Of a stretch of 64,000 nt of DNA, positions 13,561 to 27,596 are shown one piece after another. The first letter of the stretch is position 1, and every line of letters begins with the position of its first letter. Source of the DNA: Paraspadella gotoi (taxonomy: Eukaryota; Animalia; Chaetognatha); assembly GCA_051294375.1 (NCBI GenBank), contig CM119269.1:5973531-6037530 (forward strand), read 5' to 3'. A program made the translations under genes and the position numbers. Under the pieces are notes generated by a model, which worked only from the letters and a program-made list of their open reading frames with translations, was not told where the DNA came from and made no database searches.

Positions 13561-16500
13561 AGGAGAAGAATTCGTGCTTTTTATTTTCTCTTTTCTCTCC
13601 CCTGGAGGGATAGATATTTTTTGACTTCAGTTTCATCTGCTTAGCTTTCTTTTTTTCTTTTTTTAAATTTTTAAAAATTTTTTTCCATTTTATTTTTAAA
13701 TATTTAGCCGTTTACGTGGTCGTCGTCGTCGTCGTCTGTCGTCGTCTTCGTCGTCTCGTCGTCGTCGTCGTCGTCGCTGTCGCTCTCATATCGCCGCCCA
13801 CTTAGTTTTTTTTTTTAAATATAATTAATAATTTTGACAAATTTTGACAATATTCTAACGAAATTATAACTTATCTGCCCTAATGTTAAAATTCAGGTTA
13901 AACGCAAACGTATCTTTTTCAAATTTCGCTCATTAATTTTCTTCTCAACCTTCCTCTTCCTTCTCCTTTCTTCCTTCTTCCTCGCTCTCTTCCTCCAAAG
14001 TAATGTATCCTGTGCAAAATGTAGATTCGAAGGTTGGTTGCCCGCCAAATTGTCGGGACGGCGACGACGAAAGAAACGACGACGATAGGCAACGTCCGAG
14101 TGACCATGCCGACGACGACTCAGATAATGTTTTGATGAGATGATCGGGATTAAGTTTGAAAAAAATATATAGAAATTATAGAATATTGAAAATAGTAATA
14201 TTACGTCATTTTATCATTTTATTATTTATGTTATTAGTCTGTTATCTGTATTTTATGTCAGTTTTACGTCATTTTATCATGGTTGATCCTTTTTCATTAC
14301 TCTGCTTCATTTTGTCATATTTTATGTCTATGTAATTTTGGGTGCGTTTTAGTATACGTCATCGTTTTTTACGTCATTCTCGTCATTATGTCATAATGTC
14401 ATATTTGGATCCTGCTGTTTTTTATTATTAAACAAAAATGACCACACTTTGGAACGGAGAAAATGTTGACCAATGAAATGAGGAAAGTAATGACAAGTCC
14501 GGGCGGATCGAACATGGGCATGACATGGGCAGAGTTCGTTGCCAGAAAGACGACTGACGTATGGATAGACAATGAGAATGAATAGCGATCCGCTGAACAA
14601 AGGCGACGTAAAAATGACAACGCTGTTAGGCAAAGTATATCGGATGACGTACGAGAGCTTCACGACGAACGGACGACGACGACGAAGAAGATTGTCGACG
14701 AAATTTTTAACTTAACGAGCCCAGCGACGATTAGAAGAAGAACTATCCAGCGCTGTTTTATTTTAAAAATTTTTTCGCTTTTTTTCCTGTTTTTTTTTTT
14801 TTTTTTTTATTTTTCTATTTCCCTGTTTGACCTCAAATTTTTTTTTACATTCTTTTTCGAGTTGAGCACGAAAAATTTAAACCAGCCTTTGTTCTTCAAC
14901 GAGGGAAAGGAGAGAAAAATATCACAGTAAAAAAACATATATCGAACTTCTCCCCCCGCACAACACACAGGGTATTACAACCACCAGAACAGGGTAGCAA
15001 ACACATAGTCGCAGCACAAAGGCCAATCGACCTTCGCCGCTCCAACACGCAAAATGCACGCAAAAGAACTCTGATATCAAAGATATCTGTCGAATACTGA
15101 TTTGTTTCCCTCCAATCAAATTCCCTAGTGAAACTCTACCTTAATTCGCCCTCTATGATACTATCGTTTCGCTCCAAGAATTAACCATAGTGGTTAAATT
15201 TTACCCATTAAGGAACGGGAAGAGCAACATTGCAGGCAAAGCTCAGAGATGTAATTACAAATCACTTGAGTCAGCCGACGGACGGGTACAACGCTACGGT
15301 ACGATCTCGGCAAAACGATTGTATTCGGTGATCGTACTCTTCGACTCCGACGGTAACCGAGAACGGGATACGGGAAATCCTAGGGCGATTGCCCCGAGTT
15401 TACCCGAGGATCATAAATTGCCGAAATTACGTCAATCAATCTCCTGTCTCTGTGCCACATCAACAAGCAAAAAGGCGTCGTCTATTGCAAGAGCTCTACA
15501 TGATCATCTACCGTAAGCGACTCTTCTCTCTCTTGCAACAACTATTTGGCGACGGTCGAAAGCTTGTGTTCGTAGAGTTTTCTTCGTCTAATCATACGTC
15601 GTGTCCTTTCTGCACGACATGTCTTAGCTACATGAAAATCATTGCCCTCATGGTTGTAACACAACATACTCGAACTATACGATCTTTTGTTATGGAGTTC
15701 ATTTTAATTGATATATTTCGGTCAACCAAATTTATAAAAAATTATCCTAATTGCAGGTTTACATAAATAAGGTCTATCTTGCCAAGAGCTTTGGACAGGG
15801 TCTTCGTTAGGGTGATGTTAATGGTCACTTACAATCACATCATTACTAGATATATGACATAATGATAGTGTCGAGCTCCTGCACTTAGGATTCACATCTT
15901 AAGTACTCTCTCACAAGTCTCGTTTATTCTACTTCCCAAGGATTACGCTGCGCGTTCCCTATCAATGAAGTAGGAAAAATTATTTCAAAGAGTCGTTACT
16001 AATTAGTACTGAAAAAGATCTACTCGCTTAAATATATATAATATATATCACCAGAATGGTCGCTAATTTTGAAACCTTGGATGGGCAAAGGGCGTTCCAA
16101 ATTGATTCGCACAATGATTCCATCTACTCTTCACAGTTTTACGTCTCTATTTTATTTTCAAAAAGAGAGACTGCCAACTATGTTGAAAGTCATTTTGGCA
16201 TTATACAATTTTTATTTAGTTTTATTTCAAAGTTAATAAAGTTTGAGAAACATCATCGGCGAAAGGAGCAACGACCAATATGCATTCTGAGAGCAAAGTT
16301 TAAGCTCGACCCCGGCATGTTTATATCAGATTACTTTGAGTTTGACGATACATGATTGAATATTACGTATATGATAACAATAACAACGTCTTTTTACTTG
16401 TCCATTAGGGCGTATGAGAATAAAGAAGATTTTATATAAAAATGACATAGAATCAAACTATGGATTCAAACTAGGTAAAAGAAAACGTTTAAGATTGGCA

Positions 16501-19289
16501 ATGAATAAAAATATCGCTAATAGTTTTAATTCAACAATCTAATTAACCAGTTTGATATTTTGTACATAATTGCAGTAACCTATGTAGTTCTTCATGATAT
16601 TTTTCATAATTCTGATTATTGCCAAAAGGTGAAGTTTATCTGTGAAGCCGCCAAGCTGTGACGGAAGTGGGAGTGAGCGATTGCGGTACGGGGCCTCGCA
16701 CGTCGTTATTGGTGGTGTGATGTTCGGTGATAATCCTTCGGCATTATCCGTTCGCTTATTCTCCCGCCGATCCGGTGCGCTGCACGCGGATAAATCAAAA
16801 GCACGAAGAGTCGAAGAGGAATATGAATCTGTGAGTTAGCGAAGGAGCAAGACATGACACGAAAGTGGAGAATTTGATACATCCGGGTTTAGATCCGTGT
16901 GTGTATTTGATGTTAAGTGGAGATCACCAGTAGACAGGAAGGAGGCGACGAAAGGCGAACGATGAGGTAGATGACAATCGTTAATAATGACGAACCAGAT
17001 TAGATCTGGCTTTGATGGTCAATGAACCATTGTCATCGATGATTGGAGAGCAGTACCAGTGATGGGTGAATGATATTTCATCAAATCTCATTTGCATATT
17101 GTAAGTAAATCATTTTAAGTAACAATTAATTTTGTAGCTGTATTTATTATTAGGCATATTTTTTTTAATAAGCTGCATAATACTTTATTATTCAAAAGGT
17201 GAAAATACAATGGTCAGCTTGGATCAGGGAAGTACTACTCATGTCAGAGTCCCATATCTCTGAAATCATGCTCAATGTTTAAAGTGTTTAGATAGTAGTA
17301 ATTAATAAAAATTATTGTATGTAAAGATAGATTATTTTCTCTAATTTGTACTTAGTTATTTAGCTATGTGTAATAATGCTGCTGGTAAGGACAGTCGTGC
17401 AGAGTAAGGGCTAATAAATTATACCATTCTTCATATAATTCAGTAACCTGAGTCCCAACTGCCTGACAAAGATAACACATTAGACATGACCGATGTCGAG
17501 TATTGAACTCTTGGTTAATATCCTTTTTGTATTGTGTAGAGAATGTATTAGAGATTATGAAGACACTTGTGGACTACGGGATTCGGCTATTCAACCACCA
17601 CTTGGAGGGTTTGTTGACAATGATTTAGTTTCGATATGCAAACTGAGGTCGACGCCTGGAAAAATGTGAGGGAGGGAGAACTTTTATCTCCCACTCTGAC
17701 TCTGACACAACAAGGTATCTTCTTTCAGCAATCAAATTTGTGCAGTAAGTGTGGGTTTAAAGAACTGTTGAAGATTTACAATTCAGAGTTATCTCCTTGA
17801 AATCACAACTTTCAGATTTTCATCAGTTCTTATGGCTTACTTTTCTTATATTAATATGACTATGTATATTTGGGCGAGCGATTTAAGTCTGGGACTTGAA
17901 ACTCGTTACGAGCGAACGTTAACTAGACGTCTTGCTGTTTTAATATACTTCCTGGTAATTCCAGATTGTCACGACACGATACAGAACCGTACGACGAGTG
18001 ACCGACGACGATTTCCTTTCCTCTAATCCGAGACGTCGTCCGTCTTTCACAGTATCGAGGAGAGATTCAGAAGACGAACGAACGAACCGAACCGTTTGAA
18101 CGGCTAGCAAGTGATTTTATAAGATAAAATTGAAAAAAATTCAATGTTTTGTTAAAATTTTAAAAGAAGAAAAAAAGAAACTAAGCTAGAATGAAATGAA
18201 GTTCACAGAAATATCCATCTCCCCTCCAAGGGAGAAGGCAAAGAGAAATAAAGGCAGATATTCCTGGTCTCTCTCTCTCTCATCTTCCTCTCTCTCTCCT
18301 CTTCTGTCGCAACCCCGCCCCCCCGTCGTCGGCTCATCTCTCTCTCTCTAGACTCTCTCTCTCTCTCTCATCCTCCTACTTCTCCATCAATAATGGCACC
18401 GGGACCCGCGAAAAACGCGGGATTAAACATTTTCTTGCTCACCCTCCCTTTTCCCCTCTCTCTTCCCCCGAACAATAAATTAAAGAAATAACGAACGGTT
18501 GTCCAACTAAAATTCAGAAGCCCATTTGTGTCAGCAATCAGCACAAAAAATTAATACTTAAATCACGCGAGATCTCCCGTCTCTCTCTCTCTCGTCCGTC
18601 TTCTCCTTCCTCCATCTCCTCTCTCTCTCTTCCTCTTCCTTCCTCTCTCTCTCTCTCGTCCTTCCCTCTTCTCTCTCCTCTCCTTCCTCTCTCTCTCTCT
18701 TCTCTCTCTCTCTCCATATCGTTCCCTTTCACTGTCCCACTTTGTCAAAGTTCCCTCTATTGTCATTTGTTTTATGTTGTTTAATCAATTAAGATTACCC
18801 TTCTTGTGGAGACGCTTATATTTGTTCTCAGCTTTAGAAGGAATTCTCGGTCTGTAACTCGTTCGTCTGGCTTCTTGGGCAATTTTTCTCTCTTTCTCTC
18901 NNNNNNNNNNNNNNNNNNNNNNNNNNNNNNNNNNNNNNNNNNNNNNNNNNNNNNNNNNNNNNNNNNNNNNNNNNNNNNNNNNNNNNNNNNNNNNNNNNNN
19001 NNNNNNNNNNNNNNNNNNNNNNNNNNNNNNNNNNNNNNNNNNNNNNNNNNNNNNNNNNNNNNNNNNNNNNNNNNNNNNNNNNNNNNNNNNNNNNNNNAAA
19101 AAAAAGAAGAAGAAGAATAAAAGAAAGGAAGAAAAATAAAAAAATGATAAAAAAAATATAGAGAGAGAGAAAGAAAGAAAGAAAGAAAGAAAGGTAAGTG
19201 AAAAGAGAAAACAAAGAAAAAAAAACAGTGAGAAAAAAGAAACGCATAGGATTCCGGGATTCAAAAGCCGGAAAATTCTTTATGAGCAG

Positions 19290-19640
19290 AAAGAGTGAGG
19301 CCTTGTGGGCGTGAAAGTAAGCCTTGTGGGCGCTGGTGGGGAGTATTAAAGGGAAGCCTTGTGGGCGTGGAAGGAAGCCTTGTGGGCGTTGGTAGGGAGT
19401 ATTAAAGAGAAACCTTGTGGGCGTGGAAGGAAGCTGCGCGGGCGCTGGTGGGGAGACTTAAAGGGAAGCCTTGTGGGCGTGGAAGGAAGCTGCGTGGGCG
19501 TTGGCAGGGAGTATTAAAGGGAAGCCTTGTGGGCGTGGAAGTAAGCCGCGTGGGCGCTGGTGGGGAGTATTAAAGGGAAGCCTTGTGGGCGTGGAAGTAA
19601 GCCGCGTGGGCGCTGGTGGGGAGTATTAAAGGGAAATCTT
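19290..19640 (+). repeat. 56-bp minisatellite, clean copy, about 6 units
   Basis: TATTAAA/CTTAAA cores near 19345, 19401, 19458, 19513, 19569 and 19625 (56-bp period). Confidence 0.95.
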
Positions 19641-19905
19641 GTGGCTGCGACTTGCTGTTGGTGGGGGAGAGAAGCTTTGCGTCTCGGCCGCGTTGTGTAT
19701 ATAATTTGTCAAACTCCGCACTGTGGTGCGTATCATGCCTGGGAAAGTTGTCTGAGGCGTAGTAACCATTAACCTTTTATTAGAGATAAGATACTGGAAC
19801 TGTAATTAAAGTTTTGTTTCGTGATTAGATGTGAATGACGATGTTGGGTTTAAGTGAAAAAACTCTTTTTGTAGTATTTGAAAAAAACAAAAGATTTTCC
19901 CTTAA

Positions 19906-22900
19906 GGGAACCAGGTTTGATCGCAGGGGGGTCAGGGGGCGGGGTTATTTAAAAGGCTGTTATTAATAACGTTGGTCCTTCAATCTCCCCCCCGATTCAA
20001 ATAATTGTAATTCTTTCTTCTCTCGGTCCAATGGGAAAGTGTGTCAAAAATATTCGATTGTTGTCAGCTCGGCCTATGTTTAAAAATTCGCCGTCTAAGC
20101 GGGCAAATCTTTTCCAAGTTTCAATTTGTTTTTCACGTAAGCATGGATAGAATTTGTTTTTTTGTTTTCCAACTTTACACTAAAAATTAATTCTTGAACA
20201 CACAATGACGACAAACGAAACATTAAACGAAAAAGGTACGAAAAAAGACAAAAACCAATAGATATAGAGAACTAAAACGACGGCGAAGCACGTAATAAAA
20301 TGGGATAACAAATACAAAAACAACGACGAAACGTCGACGAAAAATGATAAACAAAGACGACCAACCAACAACAAAAACGATGATGAAAGCTACAACAGAC
20401 GGATGACACACAACGTATGAAGACGGACAACGTACGAAGTATGACAACAATAACAACAACGATGGAAAACAACGACATAAGACGACAACAAAAACATCAA
20501 AGACGTACGGGGACATACAATAACGATGACAAAAACGAAAACTCCGAAAACGACAACGAGAAGCACGACAACGACGACGAAAACGCACATACAAAGACGA
20601 TGACGAAAACGGACAGCTAAAAACGACGACAACGACCGAAAGAAGGCAGACAAATAAAGAAGGCGGATAAAGACGACGACGAAAAATGAAGGCGAAGAAC
20701 CATGACAAAAAAATAGACGAAGTAAAAGACAACTAAAGAGCTCCGTAGCAGCAAAAAAGAGAGAGTAGAAAAAAGAGAGAGAAAGAAATGGAGAGAACTT
20801 CGGCGAAAGAGAGAGTTTTCAATGTTATAGCAAAGCAAGCGGGCGGATTATAGTTGACTGTTTGATTCTCTCTCTCTCTCTTTCTCTTCTTTCTCTCTTT
20901 CTTCTCTTTCTCTCTTTCTCTTCTCTCTTTCTCTTCCGACGTCAACAGATCAAAAAGTACATGATTAAGTAACTTAATCAGAATTGAACATTGCTGCTCT
21001 GTAAATCATGATGACTCGAAACGACAAACACATAACTAAATACATACACTTGAACTAGACACGAAAAAAAAAATGTTGATGGAAAACACAGAACGGACAC
21101 GAAGAGGATAGACGAAAAACCGAAACGTGAGAGAGACATAAAGAGATGGAAAACGACGACGAAGAGCGAAGAACCAAAACCTGGACACGCACACCATAGA
21201 CAAAGACGAAAAACGACGACGGAAGGGAATGACAAAAACCGACAAACGAAAAGACAAAAGAGACGGAAAACGACGACGAAGAGGGAAGACAAAACGGGAC
21301 AACGAAAAAAGACAAAGAAGACGATAAAAACGACGACGAAGAGGAAACAAAACCGCACAACGCAAAGAAGACAATAGAAGACGAAACAACGACGAAGAGG
21401 AAGGACAAACCGACAACGAAAAAGACCAAAGAAGATCGAATAACGGACGACGAAGAGGAGACAAAACCGACAAACTGGAAAAATGACAAATGAAAACTGA
21501 AAATGGCACGATGAAGAGGAAGACAAAAACCGACGCCGAAAAAGGACAAAGAGGACGAAAACGACGGCGAAGAACGACGACCCGAATAAGCATGAAGCCG
21601 GAAAACGACGAAGACGAAAACGTGCATGGGTGAGGATGACTGGCCCAAAGACGAATTTTTCTATAAAACAACTGTACAATGAATTTTTTTATTATAAATT
21701 TTTGATCATAGTCGGGTAATAAACCTTTTCTTTTTCGTTGTTATGTGTATTAGCAGGCCACATTGGTTTCCTCACCTATTCCTTGATCAACTATTCTTCT
21801 CAACTCCTCGTTGTGTGGTTGTTGCCGTATTACTCTTTTCTCTCTCTCTGTTAGAGGAAAAGGCCCCGACGGACCGACAATGTGATTGGAACGGACGATG
21901 GACGAGGGAGCAGGACCGAGTTTCGTCGGAACTGTACCAGATGGACCAGGACTGATATTGACCGTTTACGACCTCATTTCGCACTCCCTCTCCTTCTTTC
22001 TCTCTTCTCTTACGGTATTCTCCGCCCTTTCTCTCTAATAACTTTACTTGGACCAATGACCAGACAGACCGAGTTTTAGTTCACTTTTGATTCACGATTT
22101 GATTTACAATTTTCTTTGGACGTCGGATTTTTCTGCCTCGATTGATATTCCATTTACATTATATATCGTTCATTATTTGGTTCCATTTTCGAGTCTTTCT
22201 ACTTTCAACGTTCGACGTGTTTCGAGATCCGTCAGATCTACGTTTACTTCTCTCTCACGCGAGCGGCCACGCCTACCTCGCGACGCCGGAGAGAGCCAAG
22301 TCTCTCTACACTCTCTCTCCACTTCTTTCACACAAAAAACTGGTTACAATTCACAATATTATTTGACGCTGTGGATAGCCGAAACGTTTTCGAAACGTTT
22401 CTTTGAAATTAAAAATTTTGTTAACTTGAAACCAAATTGCCTATAAATTTATTATAATAACGAGTGAGATAGAGATTGCAGAGAGAAAGAAAAAACATAA
22501 AATTATTGATAAAATCAAAAATGCTATTTCAATTTTGTTATTCAATTCAAATTTTGGAATTCAGCCCTGACTAGACGTTTTGCTGCAACTTTTAGCGAAA
22601 CTCAAATAGATTATCCAACAAAGACGAAGACGAGACGACTTTCTTGTACTCTGTACCCTTTAGTCCGTCAGTGTACTGTGTGGTTTTTCTGTTTGAAAAA
22701 ATTGATTAAGAATTAAAAGTTATTCATCCATGAGTCTTATAACTTTTTACAATAGCCATTTCAGTGTCAAGAACGGCATGTTTTAGTTGAAATTTGTCCA
22801 GTTTTTTTCGTACGATGATTGAGTTCATCACTTTCGTCTGGGCCATTCGTAAGACTGATTTTTTTTTTCTCAAAAAACATAAAAAAATTTAAAATAAATC

Positions 22901-23549
22901 AGGATGTGGTAAAAATTTAAGGGTATGGAAAAAATTTTAATTCAAGTTTCTTTTTAAAGTCAAATCATTCAATTGCGATCAAAAGTGTAACCTCTAACAT
23001 TAGTACAAGTATAAGAAGAAGGGTAAGCGCTCTTTATCTCTGCCTAAAATTCACATCTGGTTGTTGAACAAGAGTCAAAGGAAACCGTGCAAAAGATTAT
23101 TTGAGGTCATGTATAAATGTTTACCAAATGAAATAACATCCTGTGTTCGAATTTTTTAGAGGATTGGTTTTTATTTCTGTACATTCATAGTGAGCGTATT
23201 CTGAAAAATATAATAGCCCCATTAAATATTCCTTTATTAAGGAGGCCCAGCACGCAAATTTGCTTTCTGCATTAAAAAATAAAATTCGAAATTTCAATGT
23301 GAAAAATGATCTTCCAAGTGAAAAGTAAGAGAATGGAGGGTTCTCAGTTATTTAGGGGAGAATCAATTAAAAATTTTTCCAATAAATATCTCGTCCTTGT
23401 TCGATTTTCAACAAAGGGATGATGTGGAAATATTTTTTATCCACTTTTCCCGCGCGTTTATAGAAAAATTATATTGACTATCACCATTCGAATTCCTTAT
23501 ATGATAGACCCTTAAAGCTTATGATATCATTTTTATCACTGGGTTCCCC
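19906..23549. mobile_element. Non-autonomous Kolobok-like DNA transposon (TTAA target-site duplication, ~15-bp TIR GGGGAACCCAGTGAT)
   Basis: ttaa|gggaaccagg at 19902-19915 and atcactgggttcccc|ttaa at 23535-23553. Copy 1 joins the two flanks with a single TTAA (gattttcctttaacaacaaggaaaaccagag, ~9381-9411). TTAA TSD with purine-purine termini is the Kolobok signature; piggyBac ends begin with CCC/YY. Confidence 0.8.
21140..21620 (+). repeat. ~55-58-bp T-poor GAC/GAA tandem repeat inside the TTAA element
   Basis: Unit approximately AAACGACGACGAAGAGGAAGACAAAACCGACAACGAAAAAAGACAAAGAAGACG, about 8 copies. The mirror copy is at ~9700-10210. Confidence 0.8.
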
Positions 23550-23854
23550 TTAAAATGCAAGGAAACAGAGAGAGAGCGAGGGGAGAGAGAGAAAAGATAA
23601 GAATGATGAGGCGAGCAAAGATGAGAGATGAGACGAGGATGAGAGAGAAGAAGAGAAGAGAGAGAGAGAGAGAGTATGAGAGGTGGTCGGAAGTTCGATG
23701 CCGTGAAAGTCAGATAACGAGAGACGAGAGAAGAGAGAGACGCCAACAGATGGCCCTGGGGGAAATCCGTCTTCGCTCTTCCTCCTCGTTGCTCTTTTGT
23801 TCTTTCGACTTCCGACTCGAGATAAAACAAAAGACGCCGGTCGAAATCCACGAG

Positions 23855-24140
23855 TGAATGATTGTATGAATGAATGAATGAATGAATGAATGAATGAATG
23901 AATGAATGAATGAATGAATGAATGAATGAATGAATAGATGAATGAAGAAAAGAAATGATGAATTAATGAATTAATGAAAGAATGAATGAATGCATAAATG
24001 AGTGATTGATTTAATGAATAAATGCATGAAGGAGTGAATGATTGAAAAATTGAATGTATGTATAGGTGAATGAATGAGTGAATGAATGAGTGAATGAATG
24101 AATAAATGAATTAATGGATGAATTAATTAATGAATGAAAT
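23855..24140 (+). repeat. (TGAA)n microsatellite with degenerate tail
   Basis: Perfect TGAA run ~23867-23935 followed by a degenerate extension. Confidence 0.95.
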
Positions 24141-24381
24141 AGATTCGTTCAGAGTCCGACTTTTTTCTCGGACGGAGGTTGTCGGTTCATCTCATGATCC
24201 TGATGTAAGGCCAGAGTCGTGGCCCCAGTCCAGACGTGGCGCATTCGTCCGTACAAACTTAAAAGCGAGTGAGAGTCCAGACACCAGACACGATTGAATT
24301 GTTGATCCCTGATCACTGATCGGGCTTGAATCCCAAGAGAGAGTTAATGTGAGGGAGGAGAAAGGGGGATGAAGAAGATCC

Positions 24382-24495
<114 letters not shown>

Positions 24496-27454
24496 GATTA
24501 AGAAGCGAGAGGAAGGAAAAGGTTAGGTGTAGAAATATCGCCACTCGTTTCTCTTTCTTTTAAGGTCAAATGTGATCATGGACCATGTTCTTTTTTTAGT
24601 GATAGAAGCCGCCTTTTTTAGGGTTAATTTTTGATCTGGTTTCTGATGAATCGTCATTCAATCTCTTGAGCGAATCATTTATCGCCCGTCTGAAACTTAG
24701 TCTCAAGAGCGTTTTTGGATCTTGTCGTTCTTGTCGTTCTTCTTCGCATGAGGACTAAAGAAACTTCGAAATAAGAGAAAGTGAACGAATTTAGTCAATG
24801 ACTAAGATGAAAATGATGACGATGATGGTCATAATGATGATGATATTGATGATAGTGATGATGACGATGATTTGTCATAATGATGATGATATTGATGATA
24901 GTGATGATGACGATGATGGTCATAACGACGACGAAGACGATGACGGAGAAGATGACAACGACCTCGAGGACGACGACGACGACGACGACGACGAAAATAA
25001 CGATAATGATTCCTTAAAAAGTCTCCTCGGGGGAAAAGAGATCGGAGTCGACACGCGTTTTCGAATCCTTTAGGGAAACGAATCCCATTGGAGGGGATGG
25101 ATTTCGAGGAAGGAGAAGGGGATTCGGGGATTTAGGGTATCGGAGGAAGGAAAGATTTGGAAATGTGGGAGGTTGGAAGGGGGTTAGATTTGGGGAGGGA
25201 TGATTTATGGGGATTTATGGGGTTGGAGTAAGAAAAGATTTTTGGAAACGTCGTCCTAATTTTAGTCACATTTATTATTCACAGGGGGAAAGATTTATAC
25301 ATGTATAATTATATATTGGGTGGATGAAATGCAGATGTTTTCTTGATTTATTTAAAAGGGAACAGATGGACGGACAGAGTTGGAAGAGGATTTCGTTGTA
25401 TTCTATCCCCTCCCCACCGCAGATACCTCTTGATCCCCACCCAGTCCCAAAAACCTTCCCCTCTCTTCCCTCAGCCCCCTCTTCCCCTCACCCCCTCTTC
25501 CCTCACCCTACTCTTCCCTCACCGCCCCTCTTTTCCCCCCCGAACAAAAAAATAAAATATTTAAGATATTTGTTAACGAATGAGATTTGTGCTGAGGAAC
25601 GCGTTTCGTCAAAGAGAATCAGATTTCGATAAGAAATATAATTTTTTATTTCTTTTTATTTTTTTTTTCGTTTCTTCAGTTTCAAGATATAGTATCTCTT
25701 TTTTGTTTCTCTTCACAAAAGTTATCCAGTCAGCGGATTTTATTTAGGGGCCAAAAGTTTCTTGAAAAAATCGCGAGACCAGAAAAGCTTTGTGTTTTTT
25801 TCTGGTTTTCAACGTTTTTAGATGCAATTAGTGATGTATATACTATACTACGTATATATTGCTGAATGTTAATCTTTCGCTCGTAAGACCTACTTTCCCC
25901 GCGTCTCATCCGTCAAAGGAAATGATGCATTTTGCTTCATTATTGAGTCATTTCGAGTTTTTGAGATTCATTAAATTCTCTTTAATCATCGCGTCGTAGA
26001 TGATAAATCTAAATCTAATTAAAGAGAAAAACGAAAACAAATCCATATTTTCGTTGAGAAAGAAGAAACCAAGAGGCGGCGTTAGCTAAATCAAAATACT
26101 GCTCTATTTCGTGAGTATAAATTTAAACAAAATTATTTGGGTTTTTTTTTTCCTTCAAATAATTTATTTCAGAATTCAACTCGAAATTAAACAAACAAAA
26201 AAAAACAAAAAAAAACCACCGAACGATGATTTCGGCGAGTGACTTAGCAGAACACTTTTTTTTTTTAAATTGGGAGTACAAGAGATTTTCGGAGCTACAT
26301 CAACCAAATTTAATCTACAAATAAAATTACGAGTATTCATCGTCAACAACCTACTATAAATGTTGGTATGGAGCGCCTGCTCGTATGGGAAAAGAAATTT
26401 CGGGAGTAATTCTGTACAATCAACGCGAAAATATAAAAAAAAAAACAGATGTACATTCGGATTAATTAGACCTTGTACATGCGATGACGTACAAGATCTC
26501 TCTCTCTCTCTCGAGAATTACAATGAAGCGAACTATCACAGCAAAGGCTGTCAAAATTAATTGATAAGGTTAAATATGAAACCTTCCTAGTAGATAAACT
26601 TTATATAAATCCTTTTTCATATCCGATTTAGTCATTGTTTCTTTTCACTAAATTTTTAAAGTTATCAAAATGGTAAGAAAAATAATTCCATTTGTAAGAA
26701 GAAATTTTGCGTAATAATGTTTCCGAAAAAAATTGGGAAATCGCGTGAGTTAAGCTACAAGAAACTAAAATTTTAATGACATCATTTTTTTTTTAATGCG
26801 AATTTATTTAAAATGGGTTCGAAAATTTTGTTATTGTTAGTAGACACTATAAAATATCAAAATGAAAATTAACTTAAAGTTCGGATTCCAAATCGTCATT
26901 GTCGTCGTCGAATTTTTTTTTTCGTCTCCGCGATCACCGATGATCCCCGTGTGTGTGTTTTGTGTGTGTGTGGGTGTGTGTGTGTGAATAAGTGTGGGCG
27001 CGGGAGAGTTTGCGTGCCTGGGTGTGAAAGCGACTAGTGAATAACCGTGGTGTGGCCGAAATGATGTGGTCGGTAAGTCGGATTGAAAGAGCGACCGAGA
27101 TGAAATGAGAATTACGTAATTCACTGTTCAGAAATTTGTGATCCGTGAAACCTACTTTTTTCCTTTGATCCGCTACTGAAATCTTTGCAGTGATCCGTGA
27201 CCGACTGTGATGGTAAGTGAGCGTGAACCGAATGAACAAAAATCAGAAAAGAAGGGCAGACTCAGACAGGATGCTCATTTGTCGGACAATCGATGTCGAA
27301 AAGGGTAAGTTAGTTCGTCGAGCGACCTTTTACTCTTTAACTCAATTTTAAAACTCGTACAAAAAAATGGAGAGGGAAGAGAGGGTGGAGAGGGAGGGAG
27401 GGAGAGAGAGAGAGATGAGAGAGAGAGGAGAGAGAGACGAGAGAGAGAGACAAG

Positions 27455-27506
<52 letters not shown>

Positions 27507-27596
27507 TTTAAATTCAAATGATTACCCTTTCCCGTCTTAAGTTTGATTTTCTTCCTTTTTTGGCGTGCGTCGGCGTCAGCCGGTGTCACACTCTTC

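Larger units (their letters stand above)
9587..17570 (-). repeat. Copy 2 (inverted, indel-rich) of the same locus
   Basis: Reverse complement is collinear with copies 1 and 3 (e.g. 11070-11100 vs 20160-20195; 13390-13640 vs 3050-3270). It starts immediately after a 25-N gap and the differences are mostly indels. Confidence 0.9.
17980..23730 (+). repeat. Copy 3 of the same locus, running on into unique sequence
   Basis: 18090-18580 matches 2960-3333, 18720-19905 matches 7637-9393, and 19906-21710 is the reverse complement of 11338-9587. Confidence 0.9.

Noticed and set aside
15560-16030. Extra ~0.5 kb in copy 2 relative to copy 1 as a third insertion
   Set aside because: It is flanked by heavily insertion-ridden sequence and has no TIR or TSD, so low-quality read sequence is more likely.
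8190-19640. 56-bp arrays as a CRISPR-like system
   Set aside because: Units are head-to-tail with no unique spacers, no cas-like ORFs are present, and the context is eukaryotic.
24798-25010. Poly-Asp ORF (also 46982-47230)
   Set aside because: It is a (GAT/GAC)n microsatellite of the type scattered through introns here, with no splice support.
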